The notes beneath the pieces were generated by a model, which saw nothing but the letters and a program-made list of their open reading frames with translations, made no database searches and had not been told where the DNA came from. From Candidatus Heimdallarchaeota archaeon (GTDB taxonomy: Archaea; Asgardarchaeota; Wukongarchaeia; Wukongarchaeales; JBHIFL01): a DNA stretch of 36,381 bases. Numbering within the stretch: position 1 is the stretch's first letter; the number at the start of each line of letters is the position of its first letter. The stretch lies in assembly GCA_046761065.1 (NCBI GenBank), contig JBHIFL010000043.1:1-36381 (forward strand). The letters run 5' to 3'. The position numbers were made by a program, and so were the translations under genes. This document shows, piece after piece, positions 28,957 through 36,381 of this stretch.

Positions 28957-29490
28957 CTAAGGCGAGGTTTTTCGATTTGAAGAGTGAATCATAGTACTTG
29001 CAAGTTGTTTAAAAGCATCCACAACATTTTGACCGGACAATGCAGAGGTTTCTATGAAGTTAGTGGCGCCTAATTGTTCACTTTGTTTTTTTCCTGCTTC
29101 ATAAGGCACTGCTCGAAGCTCCTCCAAATCCATTTTATTTCCAACTAACACGAGATCTTTACATTGTTTGCACTCTTGCTGTAATTCAGCGACCCATTTG
29201 GAGACGTGCTTGAAAGAAGCTTCCCGGGTGATGTCATAAACTAAGAGAGCACCACTACTCCCTTTATAGAAGATCTGCCGAAAAGATTCAAACCGCTTCT
29301 GCCCACCAATATCATGAATGGATAAACTCACTCGGTATCCATTTACATCTATTGTATACGAATATACATTCATCCCAATGGTCAACAGATAATCGCTTTT
29401 GAACTTATTGTGGACAAAACGCATGATCAGGCTAGTTTTACCCACACCGGCATCGCCTAGAAGCAGAACTTTGAACACGTATCCTTTCAT
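28957..29490 (-). CDS. Rab-like small GTPase (Ras superfamily)
   Basis: G1 GDAGVGKTS, effector YLLTIG, G3 DIGGQ, YKGSSGALLVYDIT, G4 NKMD, G5 ETSA; no C-terminal Cys. Confidence 0.93.
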   Translation of the reverse strand: MKGYVFKVLLLGDAGVGKTSLIMRFVHNKFKSDYLLTIGMNVYSYTIDVNGYRVSLSIHDIGGQKRFESFRQIFYKGSSGALLVYDITREASFKHVSKWVAELQQECKQCKDLVLVGNKMDLEELRAVPYEAGKKQSEQLGATNFIETSALSGQNVVDAFKQLASTMIHSSNRKTSP

Positions 29491-29796
29491 TGGACAGCCT
29501 CGTTGTATTCGGTCATTGCCTGGGGGTATTTCCCATCAACTAGAGAGCTAGTGAAAGGAGTTCATTAAAACTCTTTCTTTTTTTATGCTAATTCGACTAA
29601 TAAATATTTAGGCTAATTGATTGGAAAGTAGCCTTTTTCCCTGCATGGGAAGTCAGTTTCCTCCACCCAAGATCCTCGCACAACTCAATCAAAAAGGCTT
29701 CGAAATGAGAGAGATTATTCTCTTTTTGCACTGGCTAACAACATTGAGCAGATTACTTGTATATTTAGTGAAACCTGAAAGTTTTAGAGTGAAGAT

Positions 29797-31161
29797 ATGA
29801 AGCAATATTTTGAGAGGGGTAGGTTGAAAGCATTAGAATTAGCGGCACGAGTATTGACTCAAGCAAGTGTTTCCCGCAATTCAAGCAGAAAGTGCCTTTA
29901 TCAGCTGTGGACGGAGAATGCCATCAGTGACCGAGGCCTTTTTAATGCAATCTACCATTATTCGATGGAGACAGTGCGACGCCAGAATTTTCTGGACGAA
30001 TTCGTCAATCGTATGTTCGAAGACACAGAGCCAGATCTCTTTGTTACAAATCTCTTTAGAATCGCCACCTATATGATTCAGATACTTGAAGACCCTCTTG
30101 AGTCTGTCGCAACACAGATTGAAAAGATCTTAAATGGGAAGAGAGAGGAAGAAGAAGTTCGCCACCTTGTCACACGGTTGTTTCGCCTTGGAGCAATTGA
30201 CCTTAATGAAATCTATGCCGAAAAAACGAAAGTACAGCAATTGGCCTTAAAATATGTCCATCCGGTTTGGTTTGTCAAGCATTTTGTAAGCCTGCTGGGA
30301 GAAAAGGAATGTTTACAGCTAATGAAAGCTAATAATGAATTAAAGAACATCTGGATCCGAGTCAATACCTTGAAAACCACAACAGAAAAAGCGATTCGAG
30401 AGCTTGAAGCGGCAGACATCATTCTAGAAGAAGATACGGAGTTTCCAGATCTTTTACGAATATTGTCCTGGAAGGATACGCCAGTCATCTTGACAGCCCC
30501 CTACCAAGAAGGTCACGTCTTCACCCAAGATAAAGCTAGTTGTGGGGCGGTTCATGCGTTAGATCCCGCTCCAGGTGAGATAGTACTTGACATGTGTAGT
30601 GCTCCGGGCATGAAAACCTCTCTGATTGCTCAATTGATGGAAAATGAGGGGCGAATAATTGCAATTGATTTTTCAAAAAGGAGAATGCTAGAGTTGGAAA
30701 ACATCGTGCAGCGGGCGGGTGTTTCAATTGTTGAACCTCTGATTGGGGATGTCCGCGACTTAAAACCCATACAAGTTGATAAACTCCTCCTAGATCCGCC
30801 CTGTTCCTCAACTGGTATTTTTCATATGTATCCAGACAATAAATGGCGGGTTGATCCTGAAGTAGTGCAGCAACGCACTCGGTTCCAACAGTTACTTTTC
30901 GAAAAGGCTCTTGAATTCTTAGAAATGGGAGGAATTGGAATCTACAGTGTCTGTTCCATAATGCCTGAAGAAGGAGAAGAGTTGATAGATTCGTTTCTTG
31001 ATCGGATTCAGCTATACCCGGTTCCTTTGAATAGAAAAGGCTTGTCAAAAAACAGTCGCGAAAAACCACTCCGTTCTGGCCTAAATACAGCGCGGTTTTG
31101 GCCACATCGTGACAAGTGTGCTGGGTTTTTTGTTGCCAAATTTGGGCTGCTTATTCCATGA
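29797..31161 (+). CDS. RsmB/NOP2/NSUN family RNA m5C methyltransferase
   Basis: IRVNTLK, QDKAS, LDMCSAPGMKTS, LLDPPCS, YSVCS..PEEGE, GFFVAK. Confidence 0.93.
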   Translation: MKQYFERGRLKALELAARVLTQASVSRNSSRKCLYQLWTENAISDRGLFNAIYHYSMETVRRQNFLDEFVNRMFEDTEPDLFVTNLFRIATYMIQILEDPLESVATQIEKILNGKREEEEVRHLVTRLFRLGAIDLNEIYAEKTKVQQLALKYVHPVWFVKHFVSLLGEKECLQLMKANNELKNIWIRVNTLKTTTEKAIRELEAADIILEEDTEFPDLLRILSWKDTPVILTAPYQEGHVFTQDKASCGAVHALDPAPGEIVLDMCSAPGMKTSLIAQLMENEGRIIAIDFSKRRMLELENIVQRAGVSIVEPLIGDVRDLKPIQVDKLLLDPPCSSTGIFHMYPDNKWRVDPEVVQQRTRFQQLLFEKALEFLEMGGIGIYSVCSIMPEEGEELIDSFLDRIQLYPVPLNRKGLSKNSREKPLRSGLNTARFWPHRDKCAGFFVAKFGLLIP

Positions 31162-31344
31162 TGATTCGATGATCAACACCACATGGAATCATCCAAATCC
31201 TCTAGCAGAACCGTATTAATAGCTTCATCAGCTCCAATCATATGCTTCTAACTAGGAGCTTTCTGCAATGGTTTCGTAAAGCGCAAAGGAAAAATACCCC
31301 TATAAATACAAACTTTTTGAAGATTTGTAAGAGAGGAACTCTAG

Positions 31345-31620
31345 GTGTCATCCGCTGATAAAGTTCGAAAAAAACGGAAGTGGGGAAAGAGCTTTGAATA
31401 TACGTCCCACAGCAGACAATTGAATCTTGATTCGGGAAATCAGGATACTGTTGAAAATGATATTGTAAAAATGAGGGCCATCACACCCTCCACAATAGCC
31501 AACAGATACGATATCCGAGTAAGCACTGCAAAACAGCTGTTACAAGACATGTCTCGTCGTGGCAAATTACGCTTAATTATTAATACTCGACGACTTAAAG
31601 TCTACGAACCAGTTGAATAA
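31345..31620 (+). CDS. rps25e: 30S ribosomal protein S25e (eS25)
   Basis: ITPSTIANRYDIRVSTAKQLLQDMSRRGKLRLI...LKVY winged helix typical of eS25; basic N-terminus. Confidence 0.88.
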   Translation: MSSADKVRKKRKWGKSFEYTSHSRQLNLDSGNQDTVENDIVKMRAITPSTIANRYDIRVSTAKQLLQDMSRRGKLRLIINTRRLKVYEPVE

Positions 31621-31621
31621 A

Positions 31622-31827
31622 CCCCCAACCACGAGCACAAAACACATGGGTACAGAATAGATCACCCTGCCAAACGAATTAGTCACCAAGGGGAGAAGTT
31701 TTAGTCCCTACACGGGGTAGAACAAGAATCCTCTTACTACAAATGAAGTAATGTAGACCCCAACAATCATTGTTCTTCTCCTAATAAAGTGAGAAAGATG
31801 TACTCCCACCAGAATCCTTCCGAACAT
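31622..31827 (-). pseudogene. Possible remnant of a universal stress protein gene
   Basis: One frame from ATG 31827 reads MFGRILVGVHLS...FVVRG...*GLKLLPLVTNSFGRVIYSVPMCFVLVV, resembling the USP N- and C-terminal motifs with an internal stop and a missing middle. Confidence 0.3.
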
Positions 31828-31923
31828 ATATAGAGAGATCATAGTTTAGTGTAGATCTTTCTTCGAAATTTTACTAGATATCTAAAGTAAAAAAGGTGGT
31901 ATCTCCCCCTTCTTTATTAAGAC

Positions 31924-32718
31924 TCACTTGGATTTTTGTCCCTTTTTGGCATCTTCTGTCATCTTTTGCATCCCAAAGACCTCTAAGGGATGACTGATAC
32001 CAACTGTTGGAACATTCGCGGGGACCATGATGATCGTTGTACTGCCTTGGGTGGTCGCTTCGTAGAGTAAGTTCATCCAACGTAATTCCATGGCCCCAGG
32101 ATTGTCTAGATAATTCTTTGAAGCTTCAACCATCTTGCCAGCGGCTTCTGCTTCAGCGGTAGCTAAGGTCACTCGCGCTTGACGTTCCCGTTGGGCTTCC
32201 GCTTGACGGGCCATGGCATCCACCAGACTTTGGGGTAGGACCACATCCCGGACTTCAACAGAAGTGACCTTGATTCCCCAATGTTCGGTCTTTTCGTCAA
32301 TAATCTCCGAGAGATGGTGACTGATCTCGTCCCGCTCGGAGAGGAGTTGGTTGAGTTCAACTTTACCCATCACTTCACGCAGGGTGGTTTGTGCCGCCCA
32401 TTGTGTAGCCGAATAGTAGTCTTCTACTTCGAGGATGACTTTTTCAACATCGACTGGGCGAAAGTACATAACCGCATCGACACTGACAGAAACGTTGTCC
32501 ATGGTCAAAGTCTGTTCGGATCGAAAGGCATACGTCTGGATCCGTGTCGAAACCTTCTGAGGGATGCGATCAATTCCCGGAATGATCCAGATAATGCCCG
32601 GACCCTTCATCCCTGAATAACGCCCTAACCGCAGAACCGGGGCGCGTTCCCACTCCTTCAACACTCGAATCCCGCTGAGCAAATATAACAAAACAATGAT
32701 TAGGGCGATGGCGCCCAT
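31924..32718 (-). CDS. SPFH/band 7 stomatin-like (slipin) protein
   Basis: EWERAPVLRLG, GPGIIWIIPGID, VDAVMYFR, AQTTLREVMG, WGIKVTSVEVRDV, AMARQAEAQRE. Confidence 0.93.
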   Translation of the reverse strand: MGAIALIIVLLYLLSGIRVLKEWERAPVLRLGRYSGMKGPGIIWIIPGIDRIPQKVSTRIQTYAFRSEQTLTMDNVSVSVDAVMYFRPVDVEKVILEVEDYYSATQWAAQTTLREVMGKVELNQLLSERDEISHHLSEIIDEKTEHWGIKVTSVEVRDVVLPQSLVDAMARQAEAQRERQARVTLATAEAEAAGKMVEASKNYLDNPGAMELRWMNLLYEATTQGSTTIIMVPANVPTVGISHPLEVFGMQKMTEDAKKGQKSK

Positions 32719-33074
32719 TATCAGAAATATCCCATTTACTATCTCGGGTTCCTCCTTTTTCGTTTTGTTTTAGGGTTTGAGTTTCTCCTAATTATCAATT
32801 ATGTTCGAGTATCAGTTTTTAACTTCTTGATACCCGAAAGCTCCTTGAAAAGGGGACGATCCACACACTGTTTCAGCTTTTACTTTCCACACAGGTCTCT
32901 CCGTAAAGTGGAAGGAGTCATCTAAGACCGATTAATCTTTCTTCTCGATTCTTAGTGCCTTCACCGCATAATCCATTTGTTTATCTTATCCTTCCCCCTC
33001 TCCGCCGAATTCATGGAGTTTTTATTTACATTGGAGGAAGAAGAGACATAAAAAATGTATGTAAGGTGAACGCA

Positions 33075-33911
33075 TTGGTACGAGTTGGGGCCATTCAAAT
33101 GAAAATGGCAGGAGAATCCGTCAAAGCACGAGGTACAAACCTTTCAACAGCTGTGAGACTTATGGAACAAGCAGCGGGGCAGGATGCAGAGATTATTTGT
33201 CTGCCAGAGTTATTTGTGGGAGCTGCGACTGTTGAACCTATCCCCGGGCCAACGACTGCTATATTGCAAGATTTTGCGCGAGACCATGTTGTCTATGTGA
33301 TAGGAAATCTCTATGAAGTAAAAGAGGGGAAAAAGTATAGCAGTGTACCCCTCATCGATCCATCCGGAGCAATCCAAACAATTTACAGAAAAATTCAACT
33401 CTTCCCTTGGGAACCCAGATTTTCGAAATGTTTGGAGGGTAACGCCCTTGGAGTGGCCAACACCAAATATGGCACACTTGGTCTAACGATCTGTCACGAT
33501 CTCATGCTCCCAGAAATCCCACGTCTTCTAGCCATCCATGGTGCAGAGATCATATTTGCTCCTGGAAGAATGCCTGGCCCTTTTCTTACACCGTGGCGGG
33601 ATTTTGTCCGCGTGCGGGCAATTGAGAACAATTGCTTTGTGGTTAGTGTAGGGAGTGCCGAACAGCATGCTGTGGGGACATTAATCGTCTCGCCAAAACT
33701 GAAAAATGATGTCCTTGCCGAAGCAGGACCAGAAGAACAAGTGTTGGTTGCAGACCTTGATCTGGAATGGTTAAGGGCCTCACGAACCGATTCACCCCTC
33801 TATCATGTCAAAACCCTTCGAGAGATTAAGGATGTCTTAAGCGATCTGGATAGCCATAGTTTCTTGCAAGATCGACGAGTGGATCTCTACCGTCTTGAGT
33901 TATTGAAATAG
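33075..33911 (+). CDS. Carbon-nitrogen hydrolase (nitrilase family)
   Basis: E-K-C triad in CLPELF, YRKIQLF, ICHD; RAIEN. Start placed at TTG 33075 after an AAGGTGA RBS. Confidence 0.9.
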   Translation: MVRVGAIQMKMAGESVKARGTNLSTAVRLMEQAAGQDAEIICLPELFVGAATVEPIPGPTTAILQDFARDHVVYVIGNLYEVKEGKKYSSVPLIDPSGAIQTIYRKIQLFPWEPRFSKCLEGNALGVANTKYGTLGLTICHDLMLPEIPRLLAIHGAEIIFAPGRMPGPFLTPWRDFVRVRAIENNCFVVSVGSAEQHAVGTLIVSPKLKNDVLAEAGPEEQVLVADLDLEWLRASRTDSPLYHVKTLREIKDVLSDLDSHSFLQDRRVDLYRLELLK

Positions 33912-34036
33912 ATTTTTTAACTCGTCATTCTGATGGATGACTAATTAATTCTCATCGTTTAGCGTGACTCGATAGAAAAAATTGATATTATCTAGGATAG
34001 GGGACAAGTGAGTAAAGAGTGGGATAAGAGAGTAGG

Positions 34037-34348
34037 TTAACTTGATGGATTCACAAAGAATTTGGTGACTAATTGGTAATAGTAAGTAAGCGCTGCCTCC
34101 CCTTTCGCCGTCGTCCAGAATTCCCATCGACTGCCGTTGCCTTTTGAAGTGGATTGTTGTTTGATGAGCCCAGCAGCCATGAGAAAGCCGAGAACCTCTT
34201 TTATCACCTTGGTTTTAAGCCCAATTTTCCTTAATAACCAACTTTGAGTGCGGACCCCACGCACACAGGCTTCTAAGACCTCAATCCAGATCTCAAACTT
34301 ACTCCGCCGAGCTCTTCCCAGAGTCACCTGTGTCATTATATTCACCAT
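34037..34348 (-). CDS. Archaeal winged-helix DNA-binding protein (HTH_45-like)
   Basis: RRSKFEIWIEVLEAC N-terminus and LMAAGLI...TTAKGE wing. Confidence 0.8.
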   Translation of the reverse strand: MVNIMTQVTLGRARRSKFEIWIEVLEACVRGVRTQSWLLRKIGLKTKVIKEVLGFLMAAGLIKQQSTSKGNGSRWEFWTTAKGEAALTYYYQLVTKFFVNPSS

Positions 34349-34379
34349 TAGTTTTGAATCATCTTTTCGTCAGAGATTA

Positions 34380-34706
34380 TCAATCAGGCAGGTCACTAAA
34401 CAGTTGTTTCATCTGCTGCTGGTAGGTTCGGAAAGCCGCCCGACCCTTGTCGGTGAGATGCAACATGGTATGGGGTTTCTTGCCCTTAAATTCTTTCTCG
34501 ATATCGATATACCCCGCTGCTTCTAACTTACTCACGTGGGATGAGAGATTACCCCATGTCAGCCCGGTTTGCTGAATCAAGAAGACGAAGTCGGCGCTTT
34601 CAACGACGTAGAGGTGAGCCATGATCAGAAGTCGGGCTGGTTCATGGATTAACTTATCAATGGTGTCGAGTGGTTTTTGCTCGATAGCGTTTTTATTAGG
34701 GATCAT
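34380..34706 (-). CDS. Winged-helix transcriptional regulator (HTH_34-like)
   Basis: DKLIHEPARLLIM, LTWGNLSSHVSKLEAAGYI, KKPHT...LTDKGR; start overlaps the upstream gene. Confidence 0.9.
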   Translation of the reverse strand: MIPNKNAIEQKPLDTIDKLIHEPARLLIMAHLYVVESADFVFLIQQTGLTWGNLSSHVSKLEAAGYIDIEKEFKGKKPHTMLHLTDKGRAAFRTYQQQMKQLFSDLPD

Positions 34707-35364
34707 TAACACTTCCCTCCGTTATCGGACTGTGATAATCATTCAGATCGATCTTTGGATACGTTCGCAAAAATTGGATCAAATAAAGTAGCCCAACGGC
34801 TATACTGATCTCTCCAGAGATCCCATAAGCAATGATACTGTCAAAGGGGGTACCCATATATGGGTGTAAGAATTCGGTAAAGGGATAAGTTAGTCCATAC
34901 ATCACGGCATATGCGTATAGGCGATCAAAATTCGTGAAATAGGCCATTACACTTAGAGGAACCGTTAGAAACAAAAATTCCATGGCTAGGGTTCCCAAAA
35001 GTCCTTCAGACAGTTGAAACCGCACGGTCTGAGTAACCGTTAAAATATAAACGGTCCATGTAATAAGTACGGAGACAATTATTATGATTATCAACTTTTT
35101 CCTAGCAGATTGCCGATTCGGGCCGAATTTGACATGACCGATCCGGGGGATGGTAATAAATTTCTTTCCAAAAAAAAAGATAAAGAATGCTAGGATCGGG
35201 ATCAGAAAAGAAACCAATTGTCTTGGAATACCGATGTCTACAAACACTGGGATAAAGCCAAATCCCGTGAACATAACTCCAAAAAAGAGGTCCAAAAAGC
35301 CATCTTGAAACGTGGCCTTGTACGCCTTTTTTTCGAGCTCTTTCAAATTGATTGGTTGTACCAT
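34696..35364 (-). CDS. Multi-pass membrane protein
   Basis: LEKKAYKATFQDGFLDL, ITIPRIGHVKF, about six TM helices; GAGGTGA RBS. Confidence 0.8.
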   Translation of the reverse strand: MVQPINLKELEKKAYKATFQDGFLDLFFGVMFTGFGFIPVFVDIGIPRQLVSFLIPILAFFIFFFGKKFITIPRIGHVKFGPNRQSARKKLIIIIIVSVLITWTVYILTVTQTVRFQLSEGLLGTLAMEFLFLTVPLSVMAYFTNFDRLYAYAVMYGLTYPFTEFLHPYMGTPFDSIIAYGISGEISIAVGLLYLIQFLRTYPKIDLNDYHSPITEGSVNDP

Positions 35365-35427
35365 CTTAAATCACCTCTAGCCAGATAATCAGTAAAAATC
35401 CTGGAGAAAAGCCGAGATCGGGTACCC

Positions 35428-35700
35428 TCACTCAGTTTCGATTGTTTTGGAGTTGCTCTGAAGCGCCTTATTTTGTTTATCCCATTTATCTCTATTAACG
35501 AATCCCGTGTACAAAAATACGGGGCCTAGTGTCAAGAATAATTCACTTTTGAACAATAGTCCCATACTGAACCAAAGGATTCCCCCAATAAAATAACCCC
35601 GATAGTCCGGCTCTTTTCCTCTTTGTCGTACTGCTGCAACTATTACTAACAGAAAACCAATGGCTGCTATACCTATGTACAACATTTGATATTGTGCCAT
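35428..35700 (-). CDS. Small membrane protein (about 3 TM)
   Basis: Hydrophobic helices, PDYRGYF, NRDKW; AGGTGA RBS; first gene of the operon. Confidence 0.75.
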   Translation of the reverse strand: MAQYQMLYIGIAAIGFLLVIVAAVRQRGKEPDYRGYFIGGILWFSMGLLFKSELFLTLGPVFLYTGFVNRDKWDKQNKALQSNSKTIETE

Positions 35701-35733
35701 GCTAAATCACCTGAATTTATTTGTTGGTGCTTC

Positions 35734-35789
35734 CTTTGCACTGGCTTATACTTTGCACTTCAAAGCATAAATATCTTTGCATTGCAAAT
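35734..35789. promoter_or_regulatory. Palindromic operator pair flanking a TATA-like box
   Basis: CTTTG-CACTT-CAAAG (35751-65), CTTTG-CATTG-CAAAT (35775-89) and a half site CTTTGCAC (35734-41). Minus-strand TATTTATG lies between the two full sites. Confidence 0.65.
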
Positions 35790-36097
35790 GTGTCTTATTA
35801 AGAGCCATTTTATTAGAATAATGAAACTATTGTTGAATTGATGAACGCCACAATAATCCAAGATAAAGCTCTTTTTGTTATAGGGCTTCTTGTTAACTAT
35901 GATAACTTTGAGATATAAGATTTTGATTCTACTGGAGTCACTCATCAACAAGGCGTGGTGATAGGTGAGAATTTGTCAAGGATATAGCCAGCCTGACTTT
36001 TGGAGAGGAGAAGCACCTTACCGTACACATAAATATTTTCTTCTGTTTTACATGAAGGTGGTATGCCTATAGGAGTAGGTGGGGCCACGTCACATGA

Positions 36098-36343
36098 CGG
36101 GTGTTACGTCCGGGTTCCGAGGAGTTTCCGCTGAGGATTAACTTTTTAGATTGAGCCCAAATGCTTGGGATGGATGTGGATGATGCAGAGTCGTGGATCC
36201 TGAAAGTACTGGAGACACTGATTCGTGGGCGCTAGAATGTCGAATTCACCGCGAAAATGGAGTCGATGTTGCGGGAGATGATCCGGCGGGAACTGAAACA
36301 AGGTGGGACGTTGATCGACCTATTTCATAGCTTGTTGCCCTAA
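36098..36343 (+). pseudogene. Gene remnant, possibly from a HerA/VirB4-like ATPase
   Basis: One frame reads RVLRPGSEEFPLRINFLD*AQMLGMDVDDAESWILKVLETLIRGR*NVEFTAKMESMLREMIRREL with two in-frame stops; GC-richer than the flanks. No Walker motif was seen. Confidence 0.3.
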
Positions 36344-36381
36344 AAGTTGAACTACGGGAATGCATCTATAGCGATATTTTC

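Noticed and set aside
25919-29490. A eukaryote-like CAAX processing pathway (Rce1, methyltransferase, Rab)
   Set aside because: The GTPase has no C-terminal Cys, the methyltransferase is a soluble class I enzyme rather than ICMT-type, and the protease motif is degenerate.
29520-29578. Three short hairpins upstream of the Rab-like gene
   Set aside because: The stems are short or imperfect and cannot be distinguished from chance by eye.
29610-29680. Minus-strand GGAGGAAACT as the start of RNase P RNA
   Set aside because: The following sequence is AT-rich and promoter-like, and no matching 3' P4 strand was found.
30536-31105. 189-aa antisense ORF and other shadow ORFs in the track
   Set aside because: They lie inside well-supported genes on the opposite strand or in another frame.
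1-36381. CRISPR array, provirus or defence island
   Set aside because: No regularly spaced repeats, integrase, capsid, cas or restriction-modification genes were seen.

Overview
Archaeal chromosomal window, most likely from an Asgard archaeon (inference from a longin-like protein, a roadblock/LC7 protein, a Rab-like GTPase, an OST5/TMEM258-like protein and a CCDC47/DUF1682-like protein alongside archaeal housekeeping genes). Housekeeping content: rpl44e, PAC2, a porG-D-A-B type 2-oxoacid:ferredoxin oxidoreductase operon, two radical SAM enzymes, a prepilin peptidase, citG, ATP-dependent DNA ligase, valS, an RsmB/NOP2 methyltransferase, rps25e, stomatin and a nitrilase. The strongest signal missed by the ORF track is a tRNA-Gln(CTG) gene at 13882-14046 split by three introns (D-loop, anticodon loop, T-loop), each with a bulge-helix-bulge type splicing motif. 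Also present: a decayed IS element, several pseudogenes, a possible 5S rRNA 5' end at the left edge, a structured element upstream of valS and a palindromic operator pair upstream of a wHTH regulator operon. All homology calls are by eye; no searches were run.
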